64,000 nt of DNA from an uncultured Acidobacteriota bacterium (GTDB lineage: Bacteria > Acidobacteriota > Blastocatellia > RBC074). The stretch covers positions 1,184,001 to 1,248,000 of the forward strand of contig CAWCKY010000006.1 of assembly GCA_963796275.1 (NCBI GenBank), given 5' to 3'. The notes beneath the pieces were generated by a model, which was not told the origin of the DNA, searched no databases, and saw only the letters and a list, made by a program, of their open reading frames with translations. Shown here in pieces: positions 23,284 through 34,947 of the stretch. Position numbers and translations under genes: made by a program. Every line of letters begins with the position of its first letter. Positions within the stretch are counted from its first letter, which is position 1.

Positions 23284-23676
23284 ATGAGTCGAGAAGACAT
23301 ATCACCCAAAATTTTCGATGCTTTGTTTGATGCTGTGAAGTCAATAGTTACGGAAGAGTACAAACGTTCGAGTGATGTACAGCTGGATTTTATTTTACTG
23401 CCCAATTCAATCTTCAAAGTAAAACGTAATGGCATCATCTTGACGGTGAAGTTATCGCCTGATAGGAAATCTTTCGATGTCGAGCATTCGCGACTAGCCT
23501 CCCGGCAGGCTGACTCTGAGACAGAAACCAGGAAGCTCGTCTCTATAGTAGAAGGGGATGATGCTGTGAGGCTCGGATATGAAGATGGTGAGCCTATGTC
23601 TGTCGAGGAGACTGCCAGGTCGTTGATGCAATCGCTCTTTGTACGAGTTTATGATCGAATATATACGAATATATAA
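23284..23676 (+). CDS. Hypothetical protein
   Basis: 130-aa ORF, AGGGG RBS, fills intergenic gap. Confidence 0.55.
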   Translation: MSREDISPKIFDALFDAVKSIVTEEYKRSSDVQLDFILLPNSIFKVKRNGIILTVKLSPDRKSFDVEHSRLASRQADSETETRKLVSIVEGDDAVRLGYEDGEPMSVEETARSLMQSLFVRVYDRIYTNI

Positions 23677-23865
23677 TTGCGCAATATAAAACTTTTCTTG
23701 GGCGGAAACAGGGGATCAGGGGCATCGATATAAACATCGATAAATAGCCCGCTTTATATATTCGTTCACCATCTCCCAAACCGTCATGCCTGTCTCGACC
23801 TAGAGGGTGACAATTTGCCGCCTCTGGCAGTTCACGCTTATTGCTGCACTACGTTCTGGAGTTTT

Positions 23866-24255
23866 TCAAAGGCTGGTTTTTGCTGCTGTTCGTTTGATCA
23901 ATTCATACAAGGCTGATCGGTGGCAGTGGTCTTCGTTATCGCAATAGCAGCCGATGGCGATGGGTGTTTTTGTGGCAACCTGCGCGAGCGACTGTATCGC
24001 CTGCCGGCTATCGGTGTTCTTCATAATCTCGCGTTCATACCTTTTCCTGAACTCACCCCATTTCTCGTCAACTGTATGCAGCCAGTGTATGAGCTCTTGA
24101 CTCGGAGCGAGTTGGGGATACCATACATCGAAATAATCGAGTTTGGCGTAGCTCTCCTTCATAACTCCACGCGGCAGATATCTGACGGCGCCGATCCGGA
24201 GTCCCTCCCCCTTTTTCCTGGGCGTTCCGATTTGAAAAGTACGAAGCTTGAGCAT
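23866..24255 (-). CDS. DUF488 (YeaO-like) protein
   Basis: 'RYLPRGV', 'W..QLAPS.EL', 'CYC...HCHR'. Confidence 0.85.
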   Translation of the reverse strand: MLKLRTFQIGTPRKKGEGLRIGAVRYLPRGVMKESYAKLDYFDVWYPQLAPSQELIHWLHTVDEKWGEFRKRYEREIMKNTDSRQAIQSLAQVATKTPIAIGCYCDNEDHCHRSALYELIKRTAAKTSL

Positions 24256-24279
24256 TTCGTATTGCTAAATGAGGCCGGA

Positions 24280-25191
24280 TCAACCGGCAAATTGCAGTTT
24301 TTCGATATCCTTCAATACTTCTTCGGGCACCCATTCATTCCCGCGGTAAACCTTGAACACTTTGCCGTCAGGCGTGATGAGAGCCGTGCGCAGACCATGA
24401 ATTACTTCTTTTTTTTCCGGCCAATAATTCAACCCGAAAAAAACGGCCACTGCCTTGACTTGCTCCGGCGTTCCTGACGCGAATTCCCATTGCTTGAAGG
24501 CCTCGGCATTTTTCGATCCGGTATAACGTGCGCCGTACTCGCGCAGCACAGGAGGCTTGTCATACTCCGGATCGACGCTGATGCTGAGCAGGTGCGTCCG
24601 GCCTTTCAATGTCGGGTTTTTCTCCATATCCCGGTTGAGCTCGGCGAAGTTCAGGCTCATCAGCGGACAGTAGTCCGGCAGCGGGCAGCGCGTGTAGATG
24701 AAGGTCACCAGCAGAGCACGTCCGCGATACTGATTGAAATTGACTTTCCTGCCGTTCTGATTGATGAGAGCGAAGTTAGGGACTGCCGTTCCAGTATCCG
24801 GTTCGACTCCGCTCTCTTCGATTCTCCCCACCTGACTGGGATCTGTGATCTTGGTTACGACCGGGTTTTTCAGCCACGATTTATCCCCATCGACAACCAG
24901 AGTGGCTTGAATGATGGCACCGGGCACCAGGTCCTCATAGACCCAATCGTCGTAGAGATTGAACTCCATAGTCATTTTCTCCATATACCCGGGTATCGCT
25001 TCATGATCGATGGTCACCTTGTGGTCGGATCTATTGGACGAGACTACTTTACCTTTGATTTCATATTCTTTGGCACTTTGGGAAGCCAGTGGCTCTTGTG
25101 TTTTGGTGCCGCAGGAAGAAATGCAAAGCTGTAGAACGAGTAGAAAAACAACGGGGAAGAGTTTAGAAAATAAAAGGGTATTTTGCTTCAT
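24280..25191 (-). CDS. SCO/SenC family lipoprotein with N-terminal CusF-like domain
   Basis: Lipobox ISSC, 'IDHEAIPGYMEKMTMEF', 'FIYTRCPLPDYCP', 'ISVDPEYD', conserved His. Confidence 0.9.
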   Translation of the reverse strand: MKQNTLLFSKLFPVVFLLVLQLCISSCGTKTQEPLASQSAKEYEIKGKVVSSNRSDHKVTIDHEAIPGYMEKMTMEFNLYDDWVYEDLVPGAIIQATLVVDGDKSWLKNPVVTKITDPSQVGRIEESGVEPDTGTAVPNFALINQNGRKVNFNQYRGRALLVTFIYTRCPLPDYCPLMSLNFAELNRDMEKNPTLKGRTHLLSISVDPEYDKPPVLREYGARYTGSKNAEAFKQWEFASGTPEQVKAVAVFFGLNYWPEKKEVIHGLRTALITPDGKVFKVYRGNEWVPEEVLKDIEKLQFAG

Positions 25192-25259
25192 AAGACTACA
25201 CTTTCTTATGTTGAGATAGATTTTAACGATGCAATTCTACACCAGGTCCCTACATCGCT

Positions 25260-26897
25260 TCACGCCTTACTTGAAGGCATCAATTTTCCGCCTGGCAGCA
25301 CGCGGAAACTCACGCCACGCCACTCGACTTCATCACCGACAAAACTCATAACCCATACGGCAAACGTAATCAGATCGCGTACCGGCACCAGCCAGAACCA
25401 ACGCGCGAGCGCCATGTCTTTCAGACCGAAGACCCCGATGACGAACACCGTCAGAAAACGGGTTAACAATGACATCGCAAATAACCACCAGGCAAAACTT
25501 GAAAACCCCCAGGCGGCTAATGCCAGCAATGACGTGGCCGTTCCGTAGGTGAAAAGCAACCCACAATAACCCCAGGGCCGTGAGATACGGATCGCGCGCG
25601 CCCATCTCAGCTGCTGTTTCAGCATTGCGGCAAATCCTCCGGTCGCCGTGACGTGTTCGACCACATAATCCGAGAGCACAATCTCGTAACCGGCTTTCGC
25701 CGTGTAATTGCCCAGAAGAAAATCGTCGGCGAGATAGTCGGCCACTACCTGAAATCCGCCGATTTGTTCGAGCAGATCGCGCCGCATCGCGATCGTTGAT
25801 CCAAAGGCGAATGCGATGCCCTCGAGCGAACGCGACGAACAGACATCGGGGGCGAAGGTCGATGAAATGCCGATATTTTCCATCAAAGCCGCGTAAGTCT
25901 TCGCCTGCGAACCGCGATACAGACAGGTCACCATTCCGACCTGCGGCAGTTGTAGCGGGGCGATCACACGACGTAAGTAATCTGTCCCGACGCGGATGTC
26001 GCTGTCCGCGATCAAGAACAGGCCGTGTTTGGCGCGCGCATACATATTTTGAAGGTTCGATACTTTCCCATTGTAGCCGCTCACGTTTTGCGAGATTACC
26101 AGCTCGATATCGCGATCGGGTGAGTCTGCAATCAAACGATTTATAATAGCCACAGCCGGATCGCTCTCGGCGCGCACACCGAAAATGACCTGAAATTCGG
26201 GATAGTCCTGCAGACAGAAACTCGCGAAATTATCATAAGCCTCGGTATCTGCGCCGGACACCGGCTTGAATATGGTAACGGGCGGCGTGTAGTTCAACCC
26301 GAGCGAACATTGCTTTCGACGATCGCGGAACCACGATATTCCTGCGAATAATGAGAACAGGTGGTATGCAATCGCCGCACTCACGCATATAAGCAAGGCG
26401 AGGCGAACTAAAATTACCAACTGATTGGTAATCGGTGATTGGAAAAGGCCGACCGTTTCATCGGGCGCCAGAAGAGCGTAGAACTTATACGCCCAATTAG
26501 TCGCATTTGCGTTGAGGATCGATTCAATGCGGTCCGAAAGTGAAACGATCGATACACCGCAGGCAACCAGCAGAGTCCCCAGCCAACGTTCTTTCGACAC
26601 TCGCTCTTTCAGGAAGAAATGCGCGCCGAGCGTGTTGGTTATGTAACCGACTGATGTCAGCGGCAGGATGAAACTCAATTCGGCGTAACTAAGCAGGCTG
26701 ATGAAAGAGAAAAACGAGAGGGCCAGGGAACTGACGCCGGCGACCAGATAAAAATTGCGGACCATTCGCCAGATTGCGCCGATTAGAGCGCGTGGCCGAA
26801 AAGAGACTCGACCGACCTGTTTCATGCCTTTGGCGGCGAGTATCTCGCCCATTGAGCTGAAGGCGATCAGGCTCGTAAGAAGCAAGAATGTTTTCAT
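25260..26897 (-). CDS. hpnI: EamA/SMR-like domain fused to HpnI-type (ceramide glucosyltransferase-like) GT2
   Basis: N-terminal 4 TM 'AELSFILPLTSVGY..LKERVS'; then 'FKPVSG', 'NGKVSNL', 'ADSDI', 'LADDF', 'QLRWAR'. Confidence 0.8.
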   Translation of the reverse strand: MKTFLLLTSLIAFSSMGEILAAKGMKQVGRVSFRPRALIGAIWRMVRNFYLVAGVSSLALSFFSFISLLSYAELSFILPLTSVGYITNTLGAHFFLKERVSKERWLGTLLVACGVSIVSLSDRIESILNANATNWAYKFYALLAPDETVGLFQSPITNQLVILVRLALLICVSAAIAYHLFSLFAGISWFRDRRKQCSLGLNYTPPVTIFKPVSGADTEAYDNFASFCLQDYPEFQVIFGVRAESDPAVAIINRLIADSPDRDIELVISQNVSGYNGKVSNLQNMYARAKHGLFLIADSDIRVGTDYLRRVIAPLQLPQVGMVTCLYRGSQAKTYAALMENIGISSTFAPDVCSSRSLEGIAFAFGSTIAMRRDLLEQIGGFQVVADYLADDFLLGNYTAKAGYEIVLSDYVVEHVTATGGFAAMLKQQLRWARAIRISRPWGYCGLLFTYGTATSLLALAAWGFSSFAWWLFAMSLLTRFLTVFVIGVFGLKDMALARWFWLVPVRDLITFAVWVMSFVGDEVEWRGVSFRVLPGGKLMPSSKA

Positions 26898-27298
26898 ACT
26901 CTCCCTGCTTCTCTGCCGGTCGTGTGTTGTTCGGTACGCGATACTACAGCAACGCCCAGGCAAATTATTATCGTACCTAGCCATCGTAGGGGCGAGATGC
27001 GTTCGCCGAGGAGTTGCCATGACATAAAAGCGTTCAACACATAACCGAAGGCTGTCATTGGCACGACGAAACTCAGGTCTGCCCAGGAGAGCGCGACCAA
27101 GTATAATCCGAAAAAGATGCTCAGAATGAAAATGCCCAGCCAGATGTATGGATTTGTGAAGACCTGGACGCCGATTTTGAGTAGCTCGAAGATATTGAAG
27201 GTGTTGATCTCGCCAATTGCCCTCATTCCTTTGGTCAAACATACGTCGCCGAGCGTTTGCGCGCAGATGGCGATGAACAAGACAACAAGAGTTCGCAT
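26894..27298 (-). CDS. EamA/DMT (ArnE/F-like) small transporter
   Basis: 4 TM, 'LSWADLSFVVPMTAFGY..LLGERIS'; ATGA overlap with next gene. Confidence 0.85.
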   Translation of the reverse strand: MRTLVVLFIAICAQTLGDVCLTKGMRAIGEINTFNIFELLKIGVQVFTNPYIWLGIFILSIFFGLYLVALSWADLSFVVPMTAFGYVLNAFMSWQLLGERISPLRWLGTIIICLGVAVVSRTEQHTTGREAGRV

Positions 27299-27396
27299 AA
27301 TTCCTGAATCTACTATAACGAGGAGCCGCAATTTACGGGAGAATGGGAGAAGGTGTAATAAACAATAACTCAGTTTCCTATTGCCGTTAAACCTCG

Positions 27397-28203
27397 TCAA
27401 AATTTTACGGCCTGACGAACACGCGGGCTGATCAGCGCTTGCAGTTCCCGTCTCCCGCCCGGGTTCTCAAGTTTCTCCGATTCGCTTGCATCGAAAGCCA
27501 GCGGATGAGCATATATCTCGATATTTCTCACATCCAATCGTTCCAATAGACCGAGCAGAAATTCTTCGTTCATATCGCCGGTCTGCAGCAGGCCGTAGAC
27601 CTTAGATGGTTGAGCGAAACCGCGCCCTTTCAGTTTTCTTTCGCAGGAACCGCCGAGTAGATTAAAGACTATACCCCAGACCATTTTCCTCAAGAGGTTT
27701 TGCCTATCGAGCTTAAGACTCAATCGCATCTCGCCCTTAACCACCCGCACGCGTTTCACGCCGAACTCTTCGCATAGTTTGATCAGTTCGTCGAAGATCA
27801 CCGGATGCATGTGCAGATGCGTATGCCCATCGACGTGTGAGAAGGGAAGGCCTGTCGCGGCGAATCGCTCGAACTGCGCACGCATTTCGAGCTTCATCTC
27901 GCGCCGGGCGATGGGGCTGAAATAGTAATTCAAGCCGGCGCGGAAGGGATTGCCGGTAAATTTACCGCGAGTGTCGGTAATATGTGGGATTTCGGAATGC
28001 GGCAGTGCCGCACGGCCAAGCGCGAGCACCAGGTGCAAGCCGACAGCCAGGTTCGGATTGACTTCGGCCAGTCGAACGGCGTCGCCGGCAGCGCATTCAT
28101 TTACCATCAAACTCGCGCTCGTCAATACGCCCTCGCGATGCCCCTGGATGATCGCGCGATTGACCGCATCGGAATAACCGAAGTCATCGCCGTTGATGAT
28201 CAT
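27397..28203 (-). CDS. hpnK: Hopanoid-associated ChbG/YdjC deacetylase HpnK
   Basis: 'IINGDDFG', 'GVLTSASLMV', 'VGLHL', 'HVDGHTHLH', 'EIYAHP', 'ELQAL'; adjacent to hpnI-like gene. Confidence 0.85.
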   Translation of the reverse strand: MIINGDDFGYSDAVNRAIIQGHREGVLTSASLMVNECAAGDAVRLAEVNPNLAVGLHLVLALGRAALPHSEIPHITDTRGKFTGNPFRAGLNYYFSPIARREMKLEMRAQFERFAATGLPFSHVDGHTHLHMHPVIFDELIKLCEEFGVKRVRVVKGEMRLSLKLDRQNLLRKMVWGIVFNLLGGSCERKLKGRGFAQPSKVYGLLQTGDMNEEFLLGLLERLDVRNIEIYAHPLAFDASESEKLENPGGRRELQALISPRVRQAVKF

Positions 28204-29567
28204 TAAACCGTGATAACCTCGACCTTTGGCCCGACGGCAGATTTTGGGATCAACGCTGGCCAATAAGCGACGACCTCCTCAACCTTCGGTCGACCGCCGC
28301 CAAACCCCGTAACAGTAGGCGGCCCGGCCAGCGCCAGCGGGGCCAGTTCTTTGGTGAAACGTTCAACCGGAGCCTTATCTTGCGCGCGCACTCCCACTCG
28401 CATCATCACTTCGGCCATATCCGCCGATGGTTTGCCGCCCAAACCTTCGTGCGTTGCATCGACGCCGATGTATTGCGTGAGTATCTCGTCAAACTTTAAT
28501 CCCAGTTTTTCGATCCTGCGCCGCAGCATGGCATCCGCAGCCCTGGCCTTCTCATAAGCATCGGGCCAGGCATAGATCAATCCGCCCGCAGCTTTGTAGC
28601 CCGATAAAAAGCTGATCGAGACTTTATACATATCCGTCGCCGGGCGTCCCCTTACCCCCGAAACGTGAACGCGGTTTTCACCGGCCTGTGCCAGATTGAT
28701 GGTGGTAAAGTCGGCGATGCCATCGGGTGTGATGTAATATTGGGGATCGCCCATCTCGTACATCAATTGTTCGGTGACCGTCGCGACGCTGACCCGACCG
28801 CCCGTGCCTTCGTGTTTAGTGACCACGAAGGTGCCATCCTCGCATGCCTCGATGATCGGATATCCGATGTCCCAAAAATCGGGAATCGACTGCCAGTCCA
28901 CCTGCGAATTGCCGCCAGTAGCCTGCGCGCCGCATTCGATGATGTGGCCTGCAACCGTGCCCGCAGCGATCTTGTTCCAATCGTCGCGCGACCAATTGAA
29001 TGCGTGGATCATCGGGCCGAGCGTCAGGCCGGTGTCCGTGCAGCGGCCCGTGACGATGATTTGCGCACCCTGATCGAGCGCATCCGCGATAGGCGCCCCG
29101 CCAAAATAGACGTTTGCGCTCTGCACGCGATCGCGCACAGAAGAGAGCGGCTCGTCCGTCTCCATATTTTTCAGATCGATACCGCGAGCGATCATGTCGT
29201 CGAGCCGGCCCATGATGTCGTCACCGGAGACGACTCCGATTTTCACCCTTCCCGTCAGGCCGAGCTTCCGCACGACCTCTGCCAGGCCGGCGACACAGGC
29301 ATCCGGGTTCACCCCGCCGGCGTTCGCGACAACCTTTATCTTGTTCTCGAGACAAATCGGAAGGACGCGCCCGATGACCTGGAGGAAATCGCGCGCATAT
29401 CCGGCATTCGGATCGCGCGATTTCTGCTTCTGCATAATAGACATCGTGATCTCGGCAAGATAATCGAGCGTCAGATAGTCGATCGGACCGCGCTCGACTA
29501 ATTGAACCGGAGCTTCAAGCCAATCGCCCCAGAAGCCTTGCCCGTTGGCGATGCGGATAGTTTTCAT
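28203..29567 (-). CDS. Acyclic terpene utilization AtuA-family (DUF1446) protein
   Basis: '[12 protein letters not shown]', 'DYLAEITM', 'NAGGVNP', '[13 protein letters not shown]', 'EQLMYE'. Confidence 0.9.
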   Translation of the reverse strand: MKTIRIANGQGFWGDWLEAPVQLVERGPIDYLTLDYLAEITMSIMQKQKSRDPNAGYARDFLQVIGRVLPICLENKIKVVANAGGVNPDACVAGLAEVVRKLGLTGRVKIGVVSGDDIMGRLDDMIARGIDLKNMETDEPLSSVRDRVQSANVYFGGAPIADALDQGAQIIVTGRCTDTGLTLGPMIHAFNWSRDDWNKIAAGTVAGHIIECGAQATGGNSQVDWQSIPDFWDIGYPIIEACEDGTFVVTKHEGTGGRVSVATVTEQLMYEMGDPQYYITPDGIADFTTINLAQAGENRVHVSGVRGRPATDMYKVSISFLSGYKAAGGLIYAWPDAYEKARAADAMLRRRIEKLGLKFDEILTQYIGVDATHEGLGGKPSADMAEVMMRVGVRAQDKAPVERFTKELAPLALAGPPTVTGFGGGRPKVEEVVAYWPALIPKSAVGPKVEVITV

Positions 29568-29663
29568 AATTGATAATTGATAATTGATAATTGATGGATA
29601 ATTGGTAGTTGATAGTTCGCATAAACTGTTGCCACGGACTATACGAACTATCAATTATCAATT
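29566..29663. repeat. Inverted array of 7-bp repeats (ATAATTG / CAATTAT)
   Basis: (ATAATTG)n ... TTGATAGTTCG-loop-CGAACTATCAATTATCAATT. Confidence 0.85.
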
Positions 29664-29667
29664 TTCT

Positions 29668-31404
29668 TCATGCCATCTGTTGTTTCGCTATATCTTCCAG
29701 TCCCAAATCTTTGATCAGCATATCGCGCAATTCGAACTTTTTCACCTTGCCGCTTGCCGTGAGCGGAAAGGCGGTTACGAAACGATAGATTTTGGGCACT
29801 TTATGACGGCTGATGCCGTCTCGGCAGTACTGCAATATCTCTTCTTCATCCGAGCTCTCACCCGATTTCAATCGAATCAGCGCACAGACTTCTTCGCCCA
29901 TGAATGCATCCGGCACACCGACAATCTGTACCTCGGCAATCTTCGGATGATGCATCAGAAATGCTTCGATCTCGGCCGGGTAGATGTTTTCACCGCCGCG
30001 GATGATCATATCTTTGACGCGCCCGACGATGTTGATATATCCGTCCGGCCGCATCACGGCCAGATCGCCCGAATGGAGCCAGCCATCGGCATCGATCGTC
30101 TCCGCCGTCTTATCGGGCATATTGTAATAACCCTTCATATTCGAAAAGGCTTGTGAGCACAGCTCGCCGGACTCCCCCAGTTTCACCGGCTCGCCCATAT
30201 TTGGCCCGCCTGTATGGATGATTTTGATCGATGTATGAGGTTGCGGCAGTCCGACGGTCGCTGATTTCAGTTCGAAGCTGTCCTTGCCGAATGATTGCGT
30301 GACAGCTCCGGTAGTTTCGGTCATTCCGAAAACTATCAGGCAGTCTGCTCCGATCTTCTCCTTGATCTGTTTCATCAGAGGTACGGGGACGGGTGTTGCT
30401 CCCGTCAAAATCAAGCGCACTGAAGATAGATCGAATTCGCCGAAGCTGGGATGATTGAGCATCGCGATCAGCATTGTCGGCACAGCGAAGGTGAACGTGC
30501 CTCGCTCTTTTTCAAACAACTCGAGATGCGTTCGCGGGTCAAACGTGATGAGCGGGATAAGCGTGCAACCCAGGTAGACCGAATAAATTACCGCCCCCAG
30601 ACATCCGGCCACGTGAAAGAGCGGCATAGCGCTGACGTAACGATCATCCGTACACAAATCTCCACGTGCCGTGGCGACGCGCGATTGGTTGATGAGACTG
30701 TAATGCGTGATCATGACCCCTTTGGGAAAGCCGGTAGTGCCGCTGGTATATTGCATCTGCGCCACATCGTCGGGTGTGACGCCGGCTTGCCGTGACTTTA
30801 GCTCATCATCGGATATCTCATCCGCCAGACTCAGCAAGTGTGTGTAGAGCAGCACGCCGGGCCTGGACTCTTGGCCGATCAGCACTACGCGTTTCAGGAG
30901 CGGGAGCCGTTCGGTTTGCAGCTCCTGATTTAGAGGATCCGTCAGATTTTTGATTTCAGGGACGATGCTGTGAACCGATTCGAGATAGGAGTTTCCCCGG
31001 AATTCTTCGATCATAAACAGCATCTTAACGTCGCCCTGCCGTAACAGGTATTCGAGTTCGGCCGCGCGGTAATTTATATTGACCGTGACAAGTATGCCGC
31101 CTATCTTCGCGAGCGCCATCTCCAGGAATATCCACTCCGGCACGTTCGTAGCCCAGACGGCAATGTGGTCGCCTTTCTCTACGCCGAGCGCGATTAAACC
31201 TTTCGCCAGTCGATCCACTACCTCCCGGTATTGTCGGTAGTTCAAACGCAGATCGAGCCCGATTGAGGGGTAATTGTAGACGAGCGCCTCTTTTTCCGGC
31301 ATTTCGGCGGCCTTCTGGTCGAGCAGATCGCCGACAGTAAGACCGATGAGATCGATCCCGAAGTCTTCTGCTTCCCAATACGAGAAATCGCTTTTGATGC
31401 CCAT
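29668..31404 (-). CDS. AMP-binding acyl-CoA synthetase
   Basis: '[12 protein letters not shown]', 'FGMTE', 'GWLHSGDL', '[16 protein letters not shown]'. Confidence 0.95.
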   Translation of the reverse strand: MGIKSDFSYWEAEDFGIDLIGLTVGDLLDQKAAEMPEKEALVYNYPSIGLDLRLNYRQYREVVDRLAKGLIALGVEKGDHIAVWATNVPEWIFLEMALAKIGGILVTVNINYRAAELEYLLRQGDVKMLFMIEEFRGNSYLESVHSIVPEIKNLTDPLNQELQTERLPLLKRVVLIGQESRPGVLLYTHLLSLADEISDDELKSRQAGVTPDDVAQMQYTSGTTGFPKGVMITHYSLINQSRVATARGDLCTDDRYVSAMPLFHVAGCLGAVIYSVYLGCTLIPLITFDPRTHLELFEKERGTFTFAVPTMLIAMLNHPSFGEFDLSSVRLILTGATPVPVPLMKQIKEKIGADCLIVFGMTETTGAVTQSFGKDSFELKSATVGLPQPHTSIKIIHTGGPNMGEPVKLGESGELCSQAFSNMKGYYNMPDKTAETIDADGWLHSGDLAVMRPDGYINIVGRVKDMIIRGGENIYPAEIEAFLMHHPKIAEVQIVGVPDAFMGEEVCALIRLKSGESSDEEEILQYCRDGISRHKVPKIYRFVTAFPLTASGKVKKFELRDMLIKDLGLEDIAKQQMA

Positions 31405-31408
31405 ATAT

Positions 31409-31567
31409 AGTTTTCAGTTTTCAGTTTTCAGCATCCAGTGACTAGTTTTAAGTTTTAAGTTTTCAGCACTCAGTGAATCCACCCATACAACCCTAAATGC
31501 ATACCATAAATAAAGATACAGTAGCGATGGATGCGAACTAAAAACTGAAAACTGAAAACTGAAAACT
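31409..31567. repeat. Inverted array of 7-bp repeats (AGTTTTC / GAAAACT)
   Basis: AGTTTTC x3 ... AGTTTTA x2 ... GAAAACT x3. Confidence 0.85.
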
Positions 31568-32312
31568 ATTTTCCCCTGCCGCCTACGAATCGGGCGGCGC
31601 CTTCTTGAGCCCCCGCCTCGAGCGATCTCAACCCGTGATCGAACTCGTTAGCGAGAGCCGCAGTCAGCGTAAGATCGAATTGTTGGTAGGTTGACATCCT
31701 ATCTTCCCGCAGACATACCTGAGGAAAGGCGGCGATCTCGCGCGCGAGCTTCTCCGCCTCTTCTCGAGCTTTACCTTTTGACACCACGCGATTGACCAGT
31801 CCCATATTCAAGGCTTCCCGGGCATCGACCGGCCTTCCGGTTAATATCAGGTCGAGCGCGCGGCTCAAGCCGATCAGCCTAGGAAGACGCACCGTGCCGC
31901 CATCTATTAAAGGTATGCCCCATCTGCGACAGAACACTCCCAGCACCGCGTCTTCTTCAGCGACGCGCAGGTCGCACCAGAGAGCAAGCTCGAGTCCCCC
32001 TGCGACTGCATATCCGGAAATTGCGGCTACCACGGGTTTGCTCAGAAGCATTCGCGATGGACCCATCGGCCCGTCGCCATTCGGCTCGACGCGATTGCCG
32101 CGTCCTTCGGCGATCGCCTTCAGATCTGCGCCGGCACAGAAAGCGCCGTTATCGCCGTAAAGGACGCCTGCTAGTGCCGATTCATCAGCATCAAACTCAC
32201 GGAAAGCATCGGAGAGCGCCTGCGCAGTCGCGCGGTCGACTGCATTGCGAACTTCCGGACGGCCCAGGATGACTGTTGTGATGGGGCCGTTCTTTTCGAT
32301 GGAGATTGACAT
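31566..32312 (-). CDS. Enoyl-CoA hydratase/crotonase
   Basis: 'AFCAGADLK', 'AVAGGLELALWCD', 'GIPLIDGGTVRLPRLIG'. Confidence 0.95.
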   Translation of the reverse strand: MSISIEKNGPITTVILGRPEVRNAVDRATAQALSDAFREFDADESALAGVLYGDNGAFCAGADLKAIAEGRGNRVEPNGDGPMGPSRMLLSKPVVAAISGYAVAGGLELALWCDLRVAEEDAVLGVFCRRWGIPLIDGGTVRLPRLIGLSRALDLILTGRPVDAREALNMGLVNRVVSKGKAREEAEKLAREIAAFPQVCLREDRMSTYQQFDLTLTAALANEFDHGLRSLEAGAQEGAARFVGGRGK

Positions 32313-32428
32313 ACCCTGCTCTCGACTATTGTGGTATTTCTTGACAAGCCTAGCTGCGTTGCTTACTGTCCCCGAAAACCTTTAGGCTGTCAATCAATCG
32401 AATCCCTGTTAGTAATGATTAAAACAGT

Positions 32429-34021
32429 ATGCAACCGATCAAGTCACACATCGATTTAAGATCTGAAAATTATCGAGCGAATTACGCCGCGAACCTGGCC
32501 AGTGTCGAACAGCTCAGGGCGGAGTTGAAGAAATCCACACTCGGCGGCGGCGAGCAGTACATCAAGCGTCACCTGGCGCGCGGGAAGCTGTTGCCTCGTG
32601 AACGCATAGAGATGCTGTTGGATGAAGGGTCTTTCTTTCTTGAAATCGCGCCGCTTGCCGGTCACGGGATGGAGAACGAGTTTGTCGGGGCTGGCATGGT
32701 CGGCGGGATTGGGTTGGTCTCCGGCCATCTGTGCTTCATCATCGCCAACGAATCGACAGTCAAAGGCGGCGCGATCAGCGAGATAGGCCAGAGAAAGAAC
32801 GCGCGGTTAGCCGAGATCGTGGCGATGAATCATCTGCCATCGATCTCGCTGGTCGAATCTGCCGGCGCCGACCTGCCGGTGCAGCACAAAATCTTCGTTC
32901 CCGGCGGAGCCGGTTTCAAGGGTATCACCAGGCGATCGAAAGCGCGCATTCCCAGCATCTCGGTCGTCTTCGGCAATTCGACCGCGGGAGGCGCCTATCT
33001 CCCCGGTATGTCCGATTATGTTGTGATGATCAAGAGGCAGGCTCAGGTATTTCTGGGAGGGCCGCCATTGGTCAAGATGGCCACGGGTGAAGTCGTCGAT
33101 GAGGAATCGCTCGGCGGCGCCGAAATGCACGCGAAAATTTCAGGTCTGTCCGACTATCTCGCCGAAGACGAACTCGACGGCATTCGCATCGCTCGTGAGA
33201 TCGTGGCGCATCTGGAACCGAAGATGGTGCCTCAACGCACGCCTGTTGAATATCCGGTCTATCCCATCGATGAATTGCTTGGCATCGCGTCGGCGGACAT
33301 CCGCGTGCCGTTCGACGTCAGAGAGGTGATCGCGCGCATCGTCGATGGCTCGAAGTTCGAAGAGTTCAAGGCGAACTACGGCTCGACCCTCGTTACGGGT
33401 TGGGCGCGGATTCACGGCTTTATGATTGGCATCCTCGCCAATAACGGCGTGCTCATCTCTGAAGCCGCGGGGAAAGGCGCACAGTTTATCCAGCTCTGCA
33501 ATCAACAGAATATCCCGCTCCTCTTCTTGCAGAACATCACCGGCTTTATGGTCGGCAAGAGTTATGAAGAGCAGGGAATCATTCGAAACGGCGCGAAGCT
33601 GATCAATGCCGTGTCGAATTCTACTGTTCCCGCCATTACCGTGATGATCGGCGGATCGTACGGAGCGGGGAATTACGCTATGTGCGGGCGGGCTTACGAT
33701 CCTCGCTTCGTATTCACCTGGCCGAACCATCGCATAGCGGTGATGGGCGGACAACAGCTCGCGGGAGTGATGGATATCATCAAACGCGAGGCCGCGGCGC
33801 GGGCGGGAGTTCCGATCGACGAAGGGAAGCAGGAGATGGCGAAGAAGATGCTGGAGGCCCAGATCCAGAAGGAATCGGATCCGTATTTCGCGACTGCGCG
33901 TTTGTGGGATGATGGTATTATCGATCCGCGCGAGATGCGCACCGTGCTGGCGATTGCGATGATGGCTGCGCATCAAAGGCCGGTCGAGGGAACGATGGAA
34001 TGGGGGGTATTCAGACATTAA
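32429..34021 (+). CDS. Acyl-CoA carboxylase carboxyltransferase subunit (AtuC/MccB-like)
   Basis: '[10 protein letters not shown]', '[13 protein letters not shown]', '[14 protein letters not shown]', 'LWDDGIIDP'. Confidence 0.93.
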   Translation: MQPIKSHIDLRSENYRANYAANLASVEQLRAELKKSTLGGGEQYIKRHLARGKLLPRERIEMLLDEGSFFLEIAPLAGHGMENEFVGAGMVGGIGLVSGHLCFIIANESTVKGGAISEIGQRKNARLAEIVAMNHLPSISLVESAGADLPVQHKIFVPGGAGFKGITRRSKARIPSISVVFGNSTAGGAYLPGMSDYVVMIKRQAQVFLGGPPLVKMATGEVVDEESLGGAEMHAKISGLSDYLAEDELDGIRIAREIVAHLEPKMVPQRTPVEYPVYPIDELLGIASADIRVPFDVREVIARIVDGSKFEEFKANYGSTLVTGWARIHGFMIGILANNGVLISEAAGKGAQFIQLCNQQNIPLLFLQNITGFMVGKSYEEQGIIRNGAKLINAVSNSTVPAITVMIGGSYGAGNYAMCGRAYDPRFVFTWPNHRIAVMGGQQLAGVMDIIKREAAARAGVPIDEGKQEMAKKMLEAQIQKESDPYFATARLWDDGIIDPREMRTVLAIAMMAAHQRPVEGTMEWGVFRH

Positions 34022-34188
34022 ATAGGTTTTACGCCCAAGTCGTTATTGCGTGCTGTAAAAAGTTATCGAGACTGATAATCTGACAGAAATCGATGCCTAA
34101 ACCTGCCACCTCAAACCTAATATTTTTTATTACTTTTCGGAAATAAACAGGTGTCTGGGATTAGGTTTCGCCTCAACTGGGATAAATT

Positions 34189-34947
34189 ATGTCTGATGTT
34201 ACACAACGATTCTCAAGTCGAGTCGAAAACTACATCAAGTACCGCCCCGGCTATCCGAAGGAAGTAATCGAAACTTTGAAGACAGAATGTGGATTGACGA
34301 CCGATTCCGTCATTGCCGATATCGGTTACGGAACAGGCATTCTGGCGGAGATGTTTCTGCAAAACGGGAATCCGGTCTATGGCGTTGAGCCGAACCGCGA
34401 GATGCGTGAAGCGGGTGAAAGATTATTGAAAGGGTATGCGAATTTCCGAAGTGTCGCCGCAAAGGCGGAGGCGACGATGCTGGATGATGACAGCGTTGAT
34501 TTCATTACCGCGGGCCAGTCGTTCCATTGGTTCGACCGGGCAGCAGCGAAGGTTGAGTTTGAGCGCATACTGAAATCTGGTGGGTGGATTGTGTTGATCT
34601 GGAACGAGCGGCTGGTGACAACGCCGTTTCTCGTTGAATACGAGCAATTAATCAAGTCTTTTTCGATCGATTACGAAAAGGTAGATCACCGGCGGATCGA
34701 TCCGGATATTATGCGGGATTTTTTGGGCACCGATCAATTCAGGCTTGAGCGGTTCAGAAATGTGCAGGTCTTCGATTACGAGGGGTTGAAGGGGAGATTG
34801 GTTTCGTCCTCTTACAGCCCGGAGCCTGGCCATCCCAACTATGAACTCATGATTGACAGTCTGCAGCAGCTTTTTCAGACCTATCAGGACAATGGGAAAG
34901 TTCTGGTCGAATACCAGACTATGACCTATTTCGCGCAATGGAAATAA
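34189..34947 (+). CDS. Class I SAM-dependent methyltransferase
   Basis: 'YIKYRPGYP', 'ADIGYGTG', 'AGQSFHWF'. Confidence 0.92.
   Translation: MSDVTQRFSSRVENYIKYRPGYPKEVIETLKTECGLTTDSVIADIGYGTGILAEMFLQNGNPVYGVEPNREMREAGERLLKGYANFRSVAAKAEATMLDDDSVDFITAGQSFHWFDRAAAKVEFERILKSGGWIVLIWNERLVTTPFLVEYEQLIKSFSIDYEKVDHRRIDPDIMRDFLGTDQFRLERFRNVQVFDYEGLKGRLVSSSYSPEPGHPNYELMIDSLQQLFQTYQDNGKVLVEYQTMTYFAQWK

Noticed and set aside
26898-27242. N-terminal extension of the 660-aa ORF
   Set aside because: Overlaps the real EamA gene in another frame; true start is MKTFLLL at 26897
33140-34018. Long antisense ORFs (this one, 28665-29501, 46360-47031 and others)
   Set aside because: Shadow ORFs opposite well-supported genes in GC-rich DNA
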